Numbered from the stretch's first letter, positions 1 through 8,165 are shown. The stretch: 32,000 bases of DNA from an uncultured archaeon (GCA_964354495.1 CAYHAA010000007.1:75759-107758); one strand, 5' to 3'. The notes: generated by a model not told the origin, from the letters alone. Program-made: numbers and translations.

Positions 1-593
1 ACCCGCGCCTCGGTCACTATCTCATCGAGCTGTCTGGGTATCTTATGAATTCGACATGAGAGGTAGATTGTTGCAGCCACCATACCTTCAATGCTTCTGC
101 CTCTGACAAGACGCCTACCCAGCGCCTTTCGGTAGACGAGGGCTGAGGTCTCCTTTGTTTCATGAGGAATACCGAGCTGAGAGGTCAGTCTGTCCATCTC
201 GCTCATTGCAATGCTCAGGTTCCGGTGCTGAGAGCTGTGTACCAGAGTCCTGATCTGCCATTTTCTCATCCGATAGATGGCAGCCCTACTATTTGCAGCG
301 ATAGCTCTGCCGTTCGCGTCACGGTCCGACCAACCAATAGTAGTTGCGAGACCCTTGTCAGCCATGGTCAAGGTCATCGGAGAACCAGTTCTTGCTCTGG
401 CATTTCTCTCTTCAGCAGTGAAGGCTCTCCATTCCGGACCAGCGTCTAGAACGTGTTCATTCAACACGCAGCCGCATGACGTGCAGATGTTCTCACCACG
501 GGTGAGGTCTTCGTAGAAATCACTGCCGCCACATACTGAACATATCGCCATTCCATTTCGTCTGTCTGCTGTGGCTCGTATTGATTTTGCCAT
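1..593 (-). CDS. tfb: Transcription initiation factor IIB (TFB), 3' end truncated by the window edge; absent from the ORF track
   Basis: Manual translation from ATG at 593: MAKSIRATADRRNGMAICSVCGGSDFYEDLTRGENICTSCGCVLNEHVLDAGPEWRAFTAEER...RRLVRGRSIEGMVAATIYLSCR. It has a Zn ribbon (CxxC..CxxC), the B-reader GPEWRAF and the cyclin-repeat RGRS motif. GGTGA RBS just upstream. Confidence 0.97.
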   Translation of the reverse strand, partial: MAKSIRATADRRNGMAICSVCGGSDFYEDLTRGENICTSCGCVLNEHVLDAGPEWRAFTAEERNARARTGSPMTLTMADKGLATTIGWSDRDANGRAIAANSRAAIYRMRKWQIRTLVHSSQHRNLSIAMSEMDRLTSQLGIPHETKETSALVYRKALGRRLVRGRSIEGMVAATIYLSCRIHKIPRQLDEIVTEAR

Positions 594-699
594 TGCTGTC
601 ACCTTTGATTTTTCTCTTGTCATATGGCCGTTGATATGCTTCGCAGGGAATTACAAGACTGTAACTCAATAGAAGACCTTCTCCAAGCGCGATTCTAGT

Positions 700-708
700 G
701 TATATAAG
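700..708 (-). promoter_or_regulatory. Putative TATA box for tfb
   Basis: Minus strand reads CTTAAACTTATATAC about 110 bp upstream of the tfb start. Confidence 0.4.
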
Positions 709-804
709 TTTAAGCATGGAAGAGCTCTTGTACGAAACGAATCCACCTTACTTCTCTTCAAGAGAACATATCATTCTCAATAGTATGTATGCACAGTTCC
801 GGCA

Positions 805-1086
805 CTAGGGGAGAATAATCCTTCCTGACACACATGAGGAATCCTCTGTGAAACCATCAAGAATCAGTCGTCGTAGGTGAGAATTGAAGTACTCGTCTAA
901 CTCCTTTGTTGAACGGAATGTGATCCTGAGGGTGGTGTTCGCGACAGCATTTATGACCTCAACTCGTGCATCCTGTCCAGTCTGTCTGATCTTCTCCACT
1001 TGGTCCAGGGCAGAAAGCACGTCTTTCCATCGTTTATTGTAGCGTAGACAAACCTGGATATCGGCCTGTCCGCCCAGAAACGACAC
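805..1086 (-). CDS. Hypothetical protein, possibly the 3' part of a frame-broken gene starting at 1276
   Basis: 93-aa ORF with natural-looking amphipathic sequence (WKDVLSALDQVEKIRQ...STKELDEYFNSHLRRLIL). No family recognised. Confidence 0.45.
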   Translation of the reverse strand: MSFLGGQADIQVCLRYNKRWKDVLSALDQVEKIRQTGQDARVEVINAVANTTLRITFRSTKELDEYFNSHLRRLILDGFTEDSSCVSGRIILP

Positions 1087-1392
1087 TGGACAACACTCCG
1101 TGAGGTCAGAGGTTGTGTCAGAGGGACCTCACAGGTGTATTCCAGACCGAACTATATAAACACCTGTCCAACTTTGTCCAGATCTCTTGCAGCTGGCGAA
1201 TACCCTCTTCGACGGTGACCATAGTGTCTTCCCACATCTCGACAGGTGTGAAAGGATTCTTTGCTGCTTCACTCATTCCACATTCACCCGAATATGAAAT
1301 GAACTATAGTTATCTACACAATAGTTAACTTATAAGGATTCTGTCATAGGATTATATGCTCAAAATGCGACTTACAGGCCGAGGCAAGTCCT

Positions 1393-1971
1393 ATGATTGA
1401 ATATGTACTGATCATCCTGGCATCATCCCTCTTTGGGATACAGCACAGCGGAGTGTCATCTCTCAGGGTAAAATCGCGGGTCATCGACAGATGCGGGAAG
1501 AGAGGATACGCCCTCTTCTTCAATACCACTAGTCTGTTGACGCTCCTTCTTGCGTTCTTGTCAATGAACTTCTGGAACTGGCTCTATTTCCTGACCGAAC
1601 CCGCGCTTGTACAACCGATTCTGCTAATAATAGGCATCTTGCTGGCTGTTTCTGGTGTAATCATCGCTGTGCAAGCCTCGAAGATAATATCTGTCAGCAC
1701 CGTGGCAGATATGCGGACAGACCGACGACCTGAGCTCGTCACAGACGGCATCTATGCTCGGGTGCGGCATCCCCTCTATCTTGCCACCATTTTGGTCTTT
1801 AGCGCCATGGCGTTTCTCTATCCATTCCCTGTGGTCATAGTGTTTGCCCTGTCGATGATTGTCTATACAATCATAGGGGCATTTCTCGAAGAACGAAAAC
1901 TGCTGCTTCACTATGGGCAAGAATACAGGGACTACAGAAAAAAGGCTGGGTTCATTCTTCCTAAGCTATGA
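1393..1971 (+). CDS. Isoprenylcysteine carboxyl methyltransferase (ICMT/Ste14/PEMT) family membrane protein
   Basis: Several TM segments, LVTDGIYARVRHPLY motif and C-terminal EERKL...YGQEYRDY. Confidence 0.88.
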   Translation: MIEYVLIILASSLFGIQHSGVSSLRVKSRVIDRCGKRGYALFFNTTSLLTLLLAFLSMNFWNWLYFLTEPALVQPILLIIGILLAVSGVIIAVQASKIISVSTVADMRTDRRPELVTDGIYARVRHPLYLATILVFSAMAFLYPFPVVIVFALSMIVYTIIGAFLEERKLLLHYGQEYRDYRKKAGFILPKL

Positions 1972-1988
1972 GCTCAGCTAGAGCGAAA

Positions 1989-2435
1989 TCACTTCATCAT
2001 CTTCTGTATCTTTGAGAGATGTCGAGACCTCTTCACTGCCTCCGCTGAGACCTCATAGACTTCTCCCTTCTCGAGAACATAGTGCTTTGTTGAAATCTCA
2101 GGAGCAAAGTGTCGTTTGATATCTTCGACAATGTAGTGTAGCTGCACACAGTGGGGACTTCCGTCGATGGTCAGAACCGTTACTCCAGTGATGCCTGCGT
2201 ACTTGACTATGGAGCCAATCTTGAAGCCTGCCTGATTGACATGTGTCTCTTCCAGACACACGTGAAGGACAGTGAGTCCTCCATCTCTCTCCGAGAGACT
2301 CTTAATGATGTCGGGGTATCTCTCCATACAGCTCCCGATCAGCAGGAGCCCGCCTTTGTCTCGTAGCGCCTGGTCCCCAACATTGGTTCGCATGAGATAC
2401 TGGATTTCGCAGCAGTCCTTGCCCACTGTCACCAT
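1989..2435 (-). CDS. Uncharacterised Cys/His-rich putative metal- or Fe-S-binding protein
   Basis: Motifs LLIGSC, LHVCLEETH and DGSPHC; resembles the C-terminal domain of some ferredoxin-fusion proteins. Its start overlaps the stop of the upstream M14-like gene. Confidence 0.65.
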   Translation of the reverse strand: MVTVGKDCCEIQYLMRTNVGDQALRDKGGLLLIGSCMERYPDIIKSLSERDGGLTVLHVCLEETHVNQAGFKIGSIVKYAGITGVTVLTIDGSPHCVQLHYIVEDIKRHFAPEISTKHYVLEKGEVYEVSAEAVKRSRHLSKIQKMMK

Positions 2436-3370
2436 TTCCTACGTTTCGAAATCCGCTCGTCATCCTCTTGGCCAGTACTTGGTCTTGGTTCTCCTAGAGG
2501 TGGAGCAATTCTTGCTATCATATCTCCCTCAAAAACATAATTCATGCGACTTAGGGAGATCACCACACCGTCAAAGGCAGACACGATGTCTATCTTATCC
2601 TGAACCTTGCCAATGACAGTTCCATTTCTGACGTTCTCTCCAAGATTGACCACCGGGACAAAGAAGCCTTCGGTTTCAGCATTGATGTGCTGTAGCCTTC
2701 CTGAGAGCGTGACAGAGGTCTCTATTCTCTCCCCCGTGATCATGTCCTTGATTCGCATGAAGTTTAGAATCGCCTCACGGACCTCCACTGCTGCTTGTGA
2801 ATCCACCTGGTCAGCATCACCACGCATCTCAATTGAGATCACAGGGATCCCTTCATGTGCTGCTTCCGTTATCAGCGACCCTCGTTGACCTGCACATTGG
2901 ACTGTGTTGGGGAGGGCAATCTGAGATGCCAGATTCCTCACATGGATATACTCTCTGTGCATACCGGAGACGTGACTAGTACAGTTCTGTCGGTTCGTCT
3001 TGAGATGTATGATGTAGTCTGCCTGTGATGCCCTTCTCCAGATCTCCCATGCTGTTCTCTCAGTGACTGTTCCGTGCTCATCGCCTGGGAACACAGAGTC
3101 TAAGTCCTTTGAGTCTAAGGGTGAAACCTTTGCTCCTAGTCGGAAGGCAAGTGGGTTCGCCACAGGCAAAATGGTCACCGATCCGTCGACGCGTTCCAGT
3201 CTTTCAAGATGCTTCATAATCAGATAACTCGCATAGACGCCGGTAGCAGACCCTCCGTCCATTGCTGCGATGATAAGTAGATTTGGTCGGTCCTCTCCAA
3301 GTGTATAGAACCCGAGTGTTGTACCTGTCTTTAGATCGACGTCCACTGCATCAACTGTAGCCTTCACCAT
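2429..3370 (-). CDS. Succinylglutamate desuccinylase/aspartoacylase (M14) family protein with degenerate Zn site
   Basis: GSVTILPVANPLAF, SVFPGDEHGTVTER and ISIEMRG motifs plus a C-terminal hybrid beta domain. The HGxE position reads MDGGS and the DLH position reads HLK. Confidence 0.82.
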   Translation of the reverse strand: MVKATVDAVDVDLKTGTTLGFYTLGEDRPNLLIIAAMDGGSATGVYASYLIMKHLERLERVDGSVTILPVANPLAFRLGAKVSPLDSKDLDSVFPGDEHGTVTERTAWEIWRRASQADYIIHLKTNRQNCTSHVSGMHREYIHVRNLASQIALPNTVQCAGQRGSLITEAAHEGIPVISIEMRGDADQVDSQAAVEVREAILNFMRIKDMITGERIETSVTLSGRLQHINAETEGFFVPVVNLGENVRNGTVIGKVQDKIDIVSAFDGVVISLSRMNYVFEGDMIARIAPPLGEPRPSTGQEDDERISKRRKW

Positions 3371-3430
3371 ACCAAGACCTTCTATCGACTCATGGGTCTG
3401 TTGTATGCCGCGAAGATATGAAGCAGTGTA

Positions 3431-4078
3431 TCACCTCTGACCGGACTTGATGATGTCAGGGCTGCAATTGAACAGGAAGACGTCTGTCTTGAAGTCGCGT
3501 CGTAGGAAAGAGTCATGTCGGCTGAGTGCATAACGGCTCTTCAGAGGAATATGTGGAGTCTCAAACAGATCGGGATGCCCGCACATCTTGGGATTGCCAA
3601 TCCATGCGGTCGGAATCCCCAGGGCTACAATCTCAAGGCCCGCCATCGAAAGATACGGCTCCCAACTCATGAGAATGAAGGATGGTCTGTATCTCTTCAC
3701 TGATTCAATAGCATCCAATGATTCCACCCACTTGGGGTAGGCAATATCATAGCGTCCGTCCTTGGCATCTGTGGCGATGATTCGGTTCTGAATGTATGGC
3801 TGAAGGAACTCTGTGAGCCTTCCATCTCCACTCATCACTTCTAACACGGTGCTACTATTCTCAGTCATAGCAAGAGATTCTGTGACAATCGAAGCAAGCT
3901 CCTCGATGAACTCATTGCTGTATATCTGAAAGAGCCATCTCCCTGCAATGTTTGATCCATTGCAGTATGACTTGACATCATCATTTCTTTCAAGCTCCTC
4001 GAAGAATCTAACGATGTCTGCATATGGCAGAAGATTCTCGTGAACATCGATGTATTCGTCATAGGGGCCGCGTTTCAA
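3431..4078 (-). CDS. Class I SAM-dependent methyltransferase-like protein
   Basis: Motif I VLEVMSGDG, then IIATD, LDAIESV and ILMSWEP. Confidence 0.65.
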   Translation of the reverse strand: MKRGPYDEYIDVHENLLPYADIVRFFEELERNDDVKSYCNGSNIAGRWLFQIYSNEFIEELASIVTESLAMTENSSTVLEVMSGDGRLTEFLQPYIQNRIIATDAKDGRYDIAYPKWVESLDAIESVKRYRPSFILMSWEPYLSMAGLEIVALGIPTAWIGNPKMCGHPDLFETPHIPLKSRYALSRHDSFLRRDFKTDVFLFNCSPDIIKSGQR

Positions 4079-4141
4079 TCAGGTCACAGTCCAAATTGGG
4101 TAGAGAATCAGCGAACTGAAAACGCTTTTGAAGGTTGACTA

Positions 4142-4423
4142 CTATGACTCTGCTCGTTGGCCGTTCTTCGCGAGCTCTTCTTGGATTGCACTCTCAAGCT
4201 TGGCTGTTGACACGTTCCCCTCAAAGTATTGAGAGCCCACAAGGACCCCCTGCCATGACACTCCAAGCTCTTTGGCCGTCTTGCTATTGGCTAAGTCCTC
4301 ACTATACTCAACAACATCTCTGTACTTCCTAACAGCCTCGTAGATTCGTCCCAAGAAACCAGACACACTGCAGCTGCAGACCCCGACTGGCAGGAACACC
4401 TTTACCGCTACTTTTTCACTCAA
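4142..4423 (-). CDS. Small thioredoxin-fold-like protein with CxC motif
   Basis: 93 aa with VCSCS near the N-terminus; beta-alpha-beta pattern and AKELGV..GVLV segment; 28 bp downstream of acr3. Confidence 0.55.
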   Translation of the reverse strand: MSEKVAVKVFLPVGVCSCSVSGFLGRIYEAVRKYRDVVEYSEDLANSKTAKELGVSWQGVLVGSQYFEGNVSTAKLESAIQEELAKNGQRAES

Positions 4424-4451
4424 CTATTCTCACCTTGATGCAGTTATCTCG

Positions 4452-5501
4452 TTACATTGGTGTGCCTTTCCAGAATTCCTTCCTTCTGAGGTATTTGGAA
4501 AGGTATACCAACCCAAGCATAACCGGCACTTCCCAGAAAAGGCCCATTGTTGTTCCAAGAGCCGCGATGGATCCGACACCATACATCGAGATTGCTGTAG
4601 CAATGGCGATTTCAAAGTGACTAGAAGACCCAATGATCACAGTAATCGTTGCCTCTCTATAGGCGAGTCTTGCCAATCGAGTTATCAAAAGGCCATAGCT
4701 GACAGTTATCACAAAATGGAGCAATAGCGGAATTGAAACAAGTCCGAGCAGATCTGGATGTTCCAGCATTACAACGCCGTTCAGCGAGAAGAGCACAACT
4801 AACGTAGTCAGTAGAGCAACTAGGGCCAGTTTACCAACTGCTGGCTGATACTTCGTCGTGAACCAATCTTTTCCCTTCCAGTTCACAAGTGTCTTCCTTG
4901 TTACCAATCCAAGAAGCATTGGGGCACCAATAAAGAATGTTACAGAGATGACTAATAGCACGCGGTTAATAGGAATGTTGGAAATTCCAGTGAGTATTGC
5001 TACTACGGGTGCATAGAGCACTAGAATCGTTGCCGTGTTTAGAGTTGTGTTCACAATATTCTGTTCTTGGTTTCCCTCAGCGAGATATCCCCAGACCAGC
5101 ACCATTGCTGTACAGGGACTGGACGCAAGCAATATCACAGCTACAATCAACTGCTCATTGCCTGCCAGAAAGGTCCGAGCAAGTAGATATCCAACAATTG
5201 GTGCTACTATCCAATTCGATACGAGTGTGATTATTATTGGTTTAGGATTTCTTCTGAGTTTTCTTAATTCAGATCCTTGAATATTAAGCATGGCTGGATA
5301 CATCATCAAGAATAGACATATCCCGATTGGGACAGATATGCCGGCAATCTGCCATGAGTCTATAGCTTCACCAATCCCGGGCACTACTTGGGACAGGAAT
5401 ATTCCCAACACCATGCAAATGCCAATCCACAGTGGCAAGTACTTCTCAAATGTACTGAGCTTCTTCCCGCTTGCTACTTGATTTGGTTGGCTAGTTGACA
5501 A
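4452..5501 (-). CDS. acr3: ACR3-family arsenite efflux transporter
   Basis: FEKYLPLWI, LMMYPAM, NWIVAP, SPCTAMVLVW (conserved Cys), SSHFEIAIATA and EVPVMLGLV motifs; about 10 TM helices. Confidence 0.96.
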   Translation of the reverse strand: MSTSQPNQVASGKKLSTFEKYLPLWIGICMVLGIFLSQVVPGIGEAIDSWQIAGISVPIGICLFLMMYPAMLNIQGSELRKLRRNPKPIIITLVSNWIVAPIVGYLLARTFLAGNEQLIVAVILLASSPCTAMVLVWGYLAEGNQEQNIVNTTLNTATILVLYAPVVAILTGISNIPINRVLLVISVTFFIGAPMLLGLVTRKTLVNWKGKDWFTTKYQPAVGKLALVALLTTLVVLFSLNGVVMLEHPDLLGLVSIPLLLHFVITVSYGLLITRLARLAYREATITVIIGSSSHFEIAIATAISMYGVGSIAALGTTMGLFWEVPVMLGLVYLSKYLRRKEFWKGTPM

Positions 5502-5576
5502 TTTTCGGTCACCAACTATTCGTCTTATGCGTTGTGTGAGGGGGTGCTGTGAGCCGATTGACTGGAACGCATAGAA

Positions 5577-5596
5577 ATATCGGATAATCTCGATAT
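5577..5596. promoter_or_regulatory. Inverted repeat ATATCG-N8-CGATAT, putative ArsR operator upstream of acr3
   Basis: aaATATCGgataatctCGATATtt, overlapping a minus-strand TATA-like TTAAATA. The same architecture recurs at 6222-6241. Confidence 0.7.
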
Positions 5597-5685
5597 TTAA
5601 CTTTTATGTTGTTTGCGACCTGACTGCTGTTATCTAGGTTCTGAAAACAATCTGCAAGAATTGGTAGTATCTCCAAATCTCGAGT

Positions 5686-5982
5686 CTATCTGCTTGTCTT
5701 CTCATCAGCAAGTGAGCGCAGATCACGAATCATGCTACTGATGCGTGAATCACTGAGCTTGTAGAGTTTCTTGGTACCATCGCGTCTAACAGAAAGAATA
5801 CCCGATCTCACAAGTTGACTCAAGTATGAAGACACAGTAGACTGTGAGAGACCCATTTCCGGATAGATCTCACATTGACAGCGTTCACCATCTTCCAAGA
5901 GCTCCACGATTTTCAGCCGTTCGTGATTCGATAGTGCCTTGTGGAACTGCATTCGCCATTCCATTCTTCTGTCAATATCCAT
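5686..5982 (-). CDS. arsR: ArsR/SmtB family transcriptional repressor
   Basis: KALSNHERLKIVELL, ERCQCEI (ELCVCD-like alpha3 Cys pair), wHTH LSQSTVSSYLSQL and RRDG..LY; adjacent to acr3. Confidence 0.93.
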   Translation of the reverse strand: MDIDRRMEWRMQFHKALSNHERLKIVELLEDGERCQCEIYPEMGLSQSTVSSYLSQLVRSGILSVRRDGTKKLYKLSDSRISSMIRDLRSLADEKTSR

Positions 5983-6042
5983 TTGCTATCCTACTCGCTG
6001 GTATCGATTAATCCTTGTTTACAAGAACACCGACAATAACAC

Positions 6043-6059
6043 ATTTCGGATATCGATAT
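6043..6059. promoter_or_regulatory. Variant operator (ATTTCG-N5-CGATAT) upstream of arsR
   Basis: Minus strand AAATATCGA---TATCCGAAAT aligns with AAATATCGAGATTATCCGATAT of the acr3 site with a 3-nt gap and one mismatch; adjacent CTATATAC TATA-like box. Confidence 0.45.
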
Positions 6060-6221
6060 TTGTATATAGCGATTATTACCGAACCATCAATAATTAGTCA
6101 TATTTCTATACAGATTATGAAGGCCGGGATACGTTTCCGCGTGTTCTTATGTGGTTGTCTTCAAAGATGGACCTCAAGAGGGCATAACGCAAGCATCATT
6201 GGTCACCATAGAAACACTGAT

Positions 6222-6241
6222 ATATCGAAATAATCCGATAT
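6222..6241. promoter_or_regulatory. Inverted repeat ATATCG-N8-CGATAT, putative ArsR operator upstream of the HdrA-N/ferredoxin/DGC-GcvH operon
   Basis: tATATCGaaataatcCGATATtt, 20 bp before the ATG at 6261. Confidence 0.7.
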
Positions 6242-6260
6242 TTGATTGGACTTGTCCACA

Positions 6261-6638
6261 ATGAGTTCTGAAAAACCTGCCTTCATAATGTGTGTATGCA
6301 CAGGCAAATGTCCGGGCTTTGCGAAGATGGACATCTGGGATTTTATCAACACGGTTAGAATGACTCTTCCTGTTAAGTATGGAGTCATTCATCCACAACT
6401 CTGTGAACGCGATGGTGATGCCTACCTTGAGAATACCCTGACACCTGGAGAAAAAGTGTTCGTTGCTGGCTGTGCTCCTGCAATGCAATACAAGCTCTTC
6501 CGTGATTCATTCGCAAAGAAGGGACTCGACGTGAAGAAGGATCTTGTACCTATTGACGTGCGTGACATGACCACTGATGAGGCAGTAGAGAAGGTTTCAC
6601 AGGAGTTGAAAAAGCATGGATATGATGTCGAAGGATGA
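6261..6638 (+). CDS. Stand-alone heterodisulfide reductase subunit A N-terminal-like domain protein
   Basis: FIMCVCTGKC...QLCE...VFVAGCAP..LFR...GL...IDVRD parallels the HdrA N-terminal pattern (VxxCxC, MCS, VVAACSP, TFR, ANIRE). ATG 6261 preferred over TTG 6246. Confidence 0.72.
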   Translation: MSSEKPAFIMCVCTGKCPGFAKMDIWDFINTVRMTLPVKYGVIHPQLCERDGDAYLENTLTPGEKVFVAGCAPAMQYKLFRDSFAKKGLDVKKDLVPIDVRDMTTDEAVEKVSQELKKHGYDVEG

Positions 6639-6930
6639 GTCGAAGCCCAGTACAACTTTCATGGGCGTCAGTCGAGAGAAAATACCATGGTGGCCAATCG
6701 TAGACCTAGGGAAATGCGATGGCTGCAATGGTGAGTACGACTGCCTGAAGTTCTGTCCTCATAGAGTCTACAAGCCGCTTGAGGACTCCTCCAGAATCGA
6801 GGTTGAGAACCCATACAACTGCGTGGTCTTTTGCACAGCCTGTAGTAAGATGTGTCCTAGGGATGCAATCTCCTTTCCTGCAAAAGCGAACATCCTGAAG
6901 ATCATCAAAGAAGAACGTGCCAACAAATGA
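6616..6930 (+). CDS. 2x[4Fe-4S] ferredoxin-family protein
   Basis: CDGCNGEYDCLKFCP and CVVFCTACSKMCP; overlaps both neighbours (translational coupling). Confidence 0.88.
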   Translation: MDMMSKDESKPSTTFMGVSREKIPWWPIVDLGKCDGCNGEYDCLKFCPHRVYKPLEDSSRIEVENPYNCVVFCTACSKMCPRDAISFPAKANILKIIKEERANK

Positions 6931-7778
6931 GGTCGATGCGAGTGGTGAAGAAATACATTCTACCCTGTGCAGGCTATGACCGTCCGGGTGGAGAGGTTTC
7001 TAGGGCTGTTGCAGAGCAACTAGCTAGGAATCGTGACGATGTTGTAATTGGAAGCATGGGCGCGCTATACAAGGAACGTCCCGGTGAGATGCGTGACTTC
7101 AGGGCCTCAGAGGTGATTTGCCTCGATGGTTGTGGAACACACTGTGCCTCGGAACTTGCGATTGCACGGGGACGGAATGATGGAGCAGTTGTTTCTATTC
7201 CTGAGGCTGCAGGTTCAGGTGACGATTTTGAACAAAAGGTCCGCCATGTTATCGACGCCATGTCAAAGCATCTAGAAAAGAGAAAGGCGAAGGCCTCGCC
7301 CTCAACCAAAGAGATCTCCTCATTCTCTCTCGAATATCTTGAGGAAAAATTCGACAAGTTCACGCTTAGAGTCGCCAAAGGTATGTTGTACTCCGATAAC
7401 GACTTCTGGGTCAGGATTGAAGGCGACAATGTCCGGATTGGTGCTTCAGATTTTCTTCAGCAGATGATATCTGATGTATATTATGTGAATCTCGTCGAGC
7501 CCGGCCATCATGTCGATATGTTTGATGACGCAGGGAAGATGGAGTCGACGAAGATCTTAGTGGAGATAATCGTCCCCCTGACTGGAACCATAATCGAAGT
7601 CAACAGCTCATTGGAGAATAGTCCAGAACTGATTAACGAGAGCCCATATGATAAGGGATGGTTCTACGTCATAAGACCGGACGACATTGACGAACTGGAA
7701 CTGCTCAGGGATGCATCAAGCTATTTGCTTTACGCCTTGGCAAAGGCAAAAGAAGAGATTGGAAAGAAGGTGGAATAG
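6927..7778 (+). CDS. Fusion of a DGC putative Zn-binding domain (N-term) and a glycine cleavage H-protein-like lipoyl carrier (C-term)
   Basis: N-term PCAG...LDGCGTHCA. C-term DFWVRIEGDNVRIGASDFLQ...MESTK(209)ILVEIIVPLTGTIIEVNSSLENSPELINESPYDKGWF, which retains the lipoyl Lys (AAG at 7551-7553). Confidence 0.9.
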   Translation: MRSMRVVKKYILPCAGYDRPGGEVSRAVAEQLARNRDDVVIGSMGALYKERPGEMRDFRASEVICLDGCGTHCASELAIARGRNDGAVVSIPEAAGSGDDFEQKVRHVIDAMSKHLEKRKAKASPSTKEISSFSLEYLEEKFDKFTLRVAKGMLYSDNDFWVRIEGDNVRIGASDFLQQMISDVYYVNLVEPGHHVDMFDDAGKMESTKILVEIIVPLTGTIIEVNSSLENSPELINESPYDKGWFYVIRPDDIDELELLRDASSYLLYALAKAKEEIGKKVE

Positions 7779-7781
7779 AGA

Positions 7782-8165
7782 TTGAAGAAAGTAGTCATTC
7801 CATGTAGTGGAATGGGAAAAGCATTGGGAGCTGTCACACGTGAGACTATCCCACTCTTGCCAGACTCCAAGAGTCCCCATGAGTATAGGACAGTCTGTCT
7901 GCCATTGCTGATGACCGATGATGATGAGTCAAAACGAATAGTGCTAGAATCAGCTGTCTATACGATCGATGGCTGTCCAAAGAAGTGTGCGTCAACTGTA
8001 GTCAAACATGTTGGAGCAACGCCAGTCATGGAGATACTAGCGGCGAGAGTTCTTGCAGAGCATAGAGAGCACAAACCCGAAACTGTACTTGACGTCGGAG
8101 ATGGTGGACGCCTTCTTGCGAAAGATATCGTTGAGATAATCGCGAACGATGGAGGGACAGATTGA
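7782..8165 (+). CDS. DGC-domain putative Zn-binding protein
   Basis: PCSG...VCLPLL...IDGCPKKCA, all four conserved Cys present. Confidence 0.85.
   Translation: MKKVVIPCSGMGKALGAVTRETIPLLPDSKSPHEYRTVCLPLLMTDDDESKRIVLESAVYTIDGCPKKCASTVVKHVGATPVMEILAARVLAEHREHKPETVLDVGDGGRLLAKDIVEIIANDGGTD

Noticed and set aside
162-717. ORF-track entries 162-449, 277-516 and 520-717
   Set aside because: They are shadows of, or overlap, the tfb gene.
3431-4078. Arsenite methyltransferase ArsM
   Set aside because: It lacks recognisable ArsM Cys motifs and ArsM-like sequence; only a generic SAM-binding motif is present.
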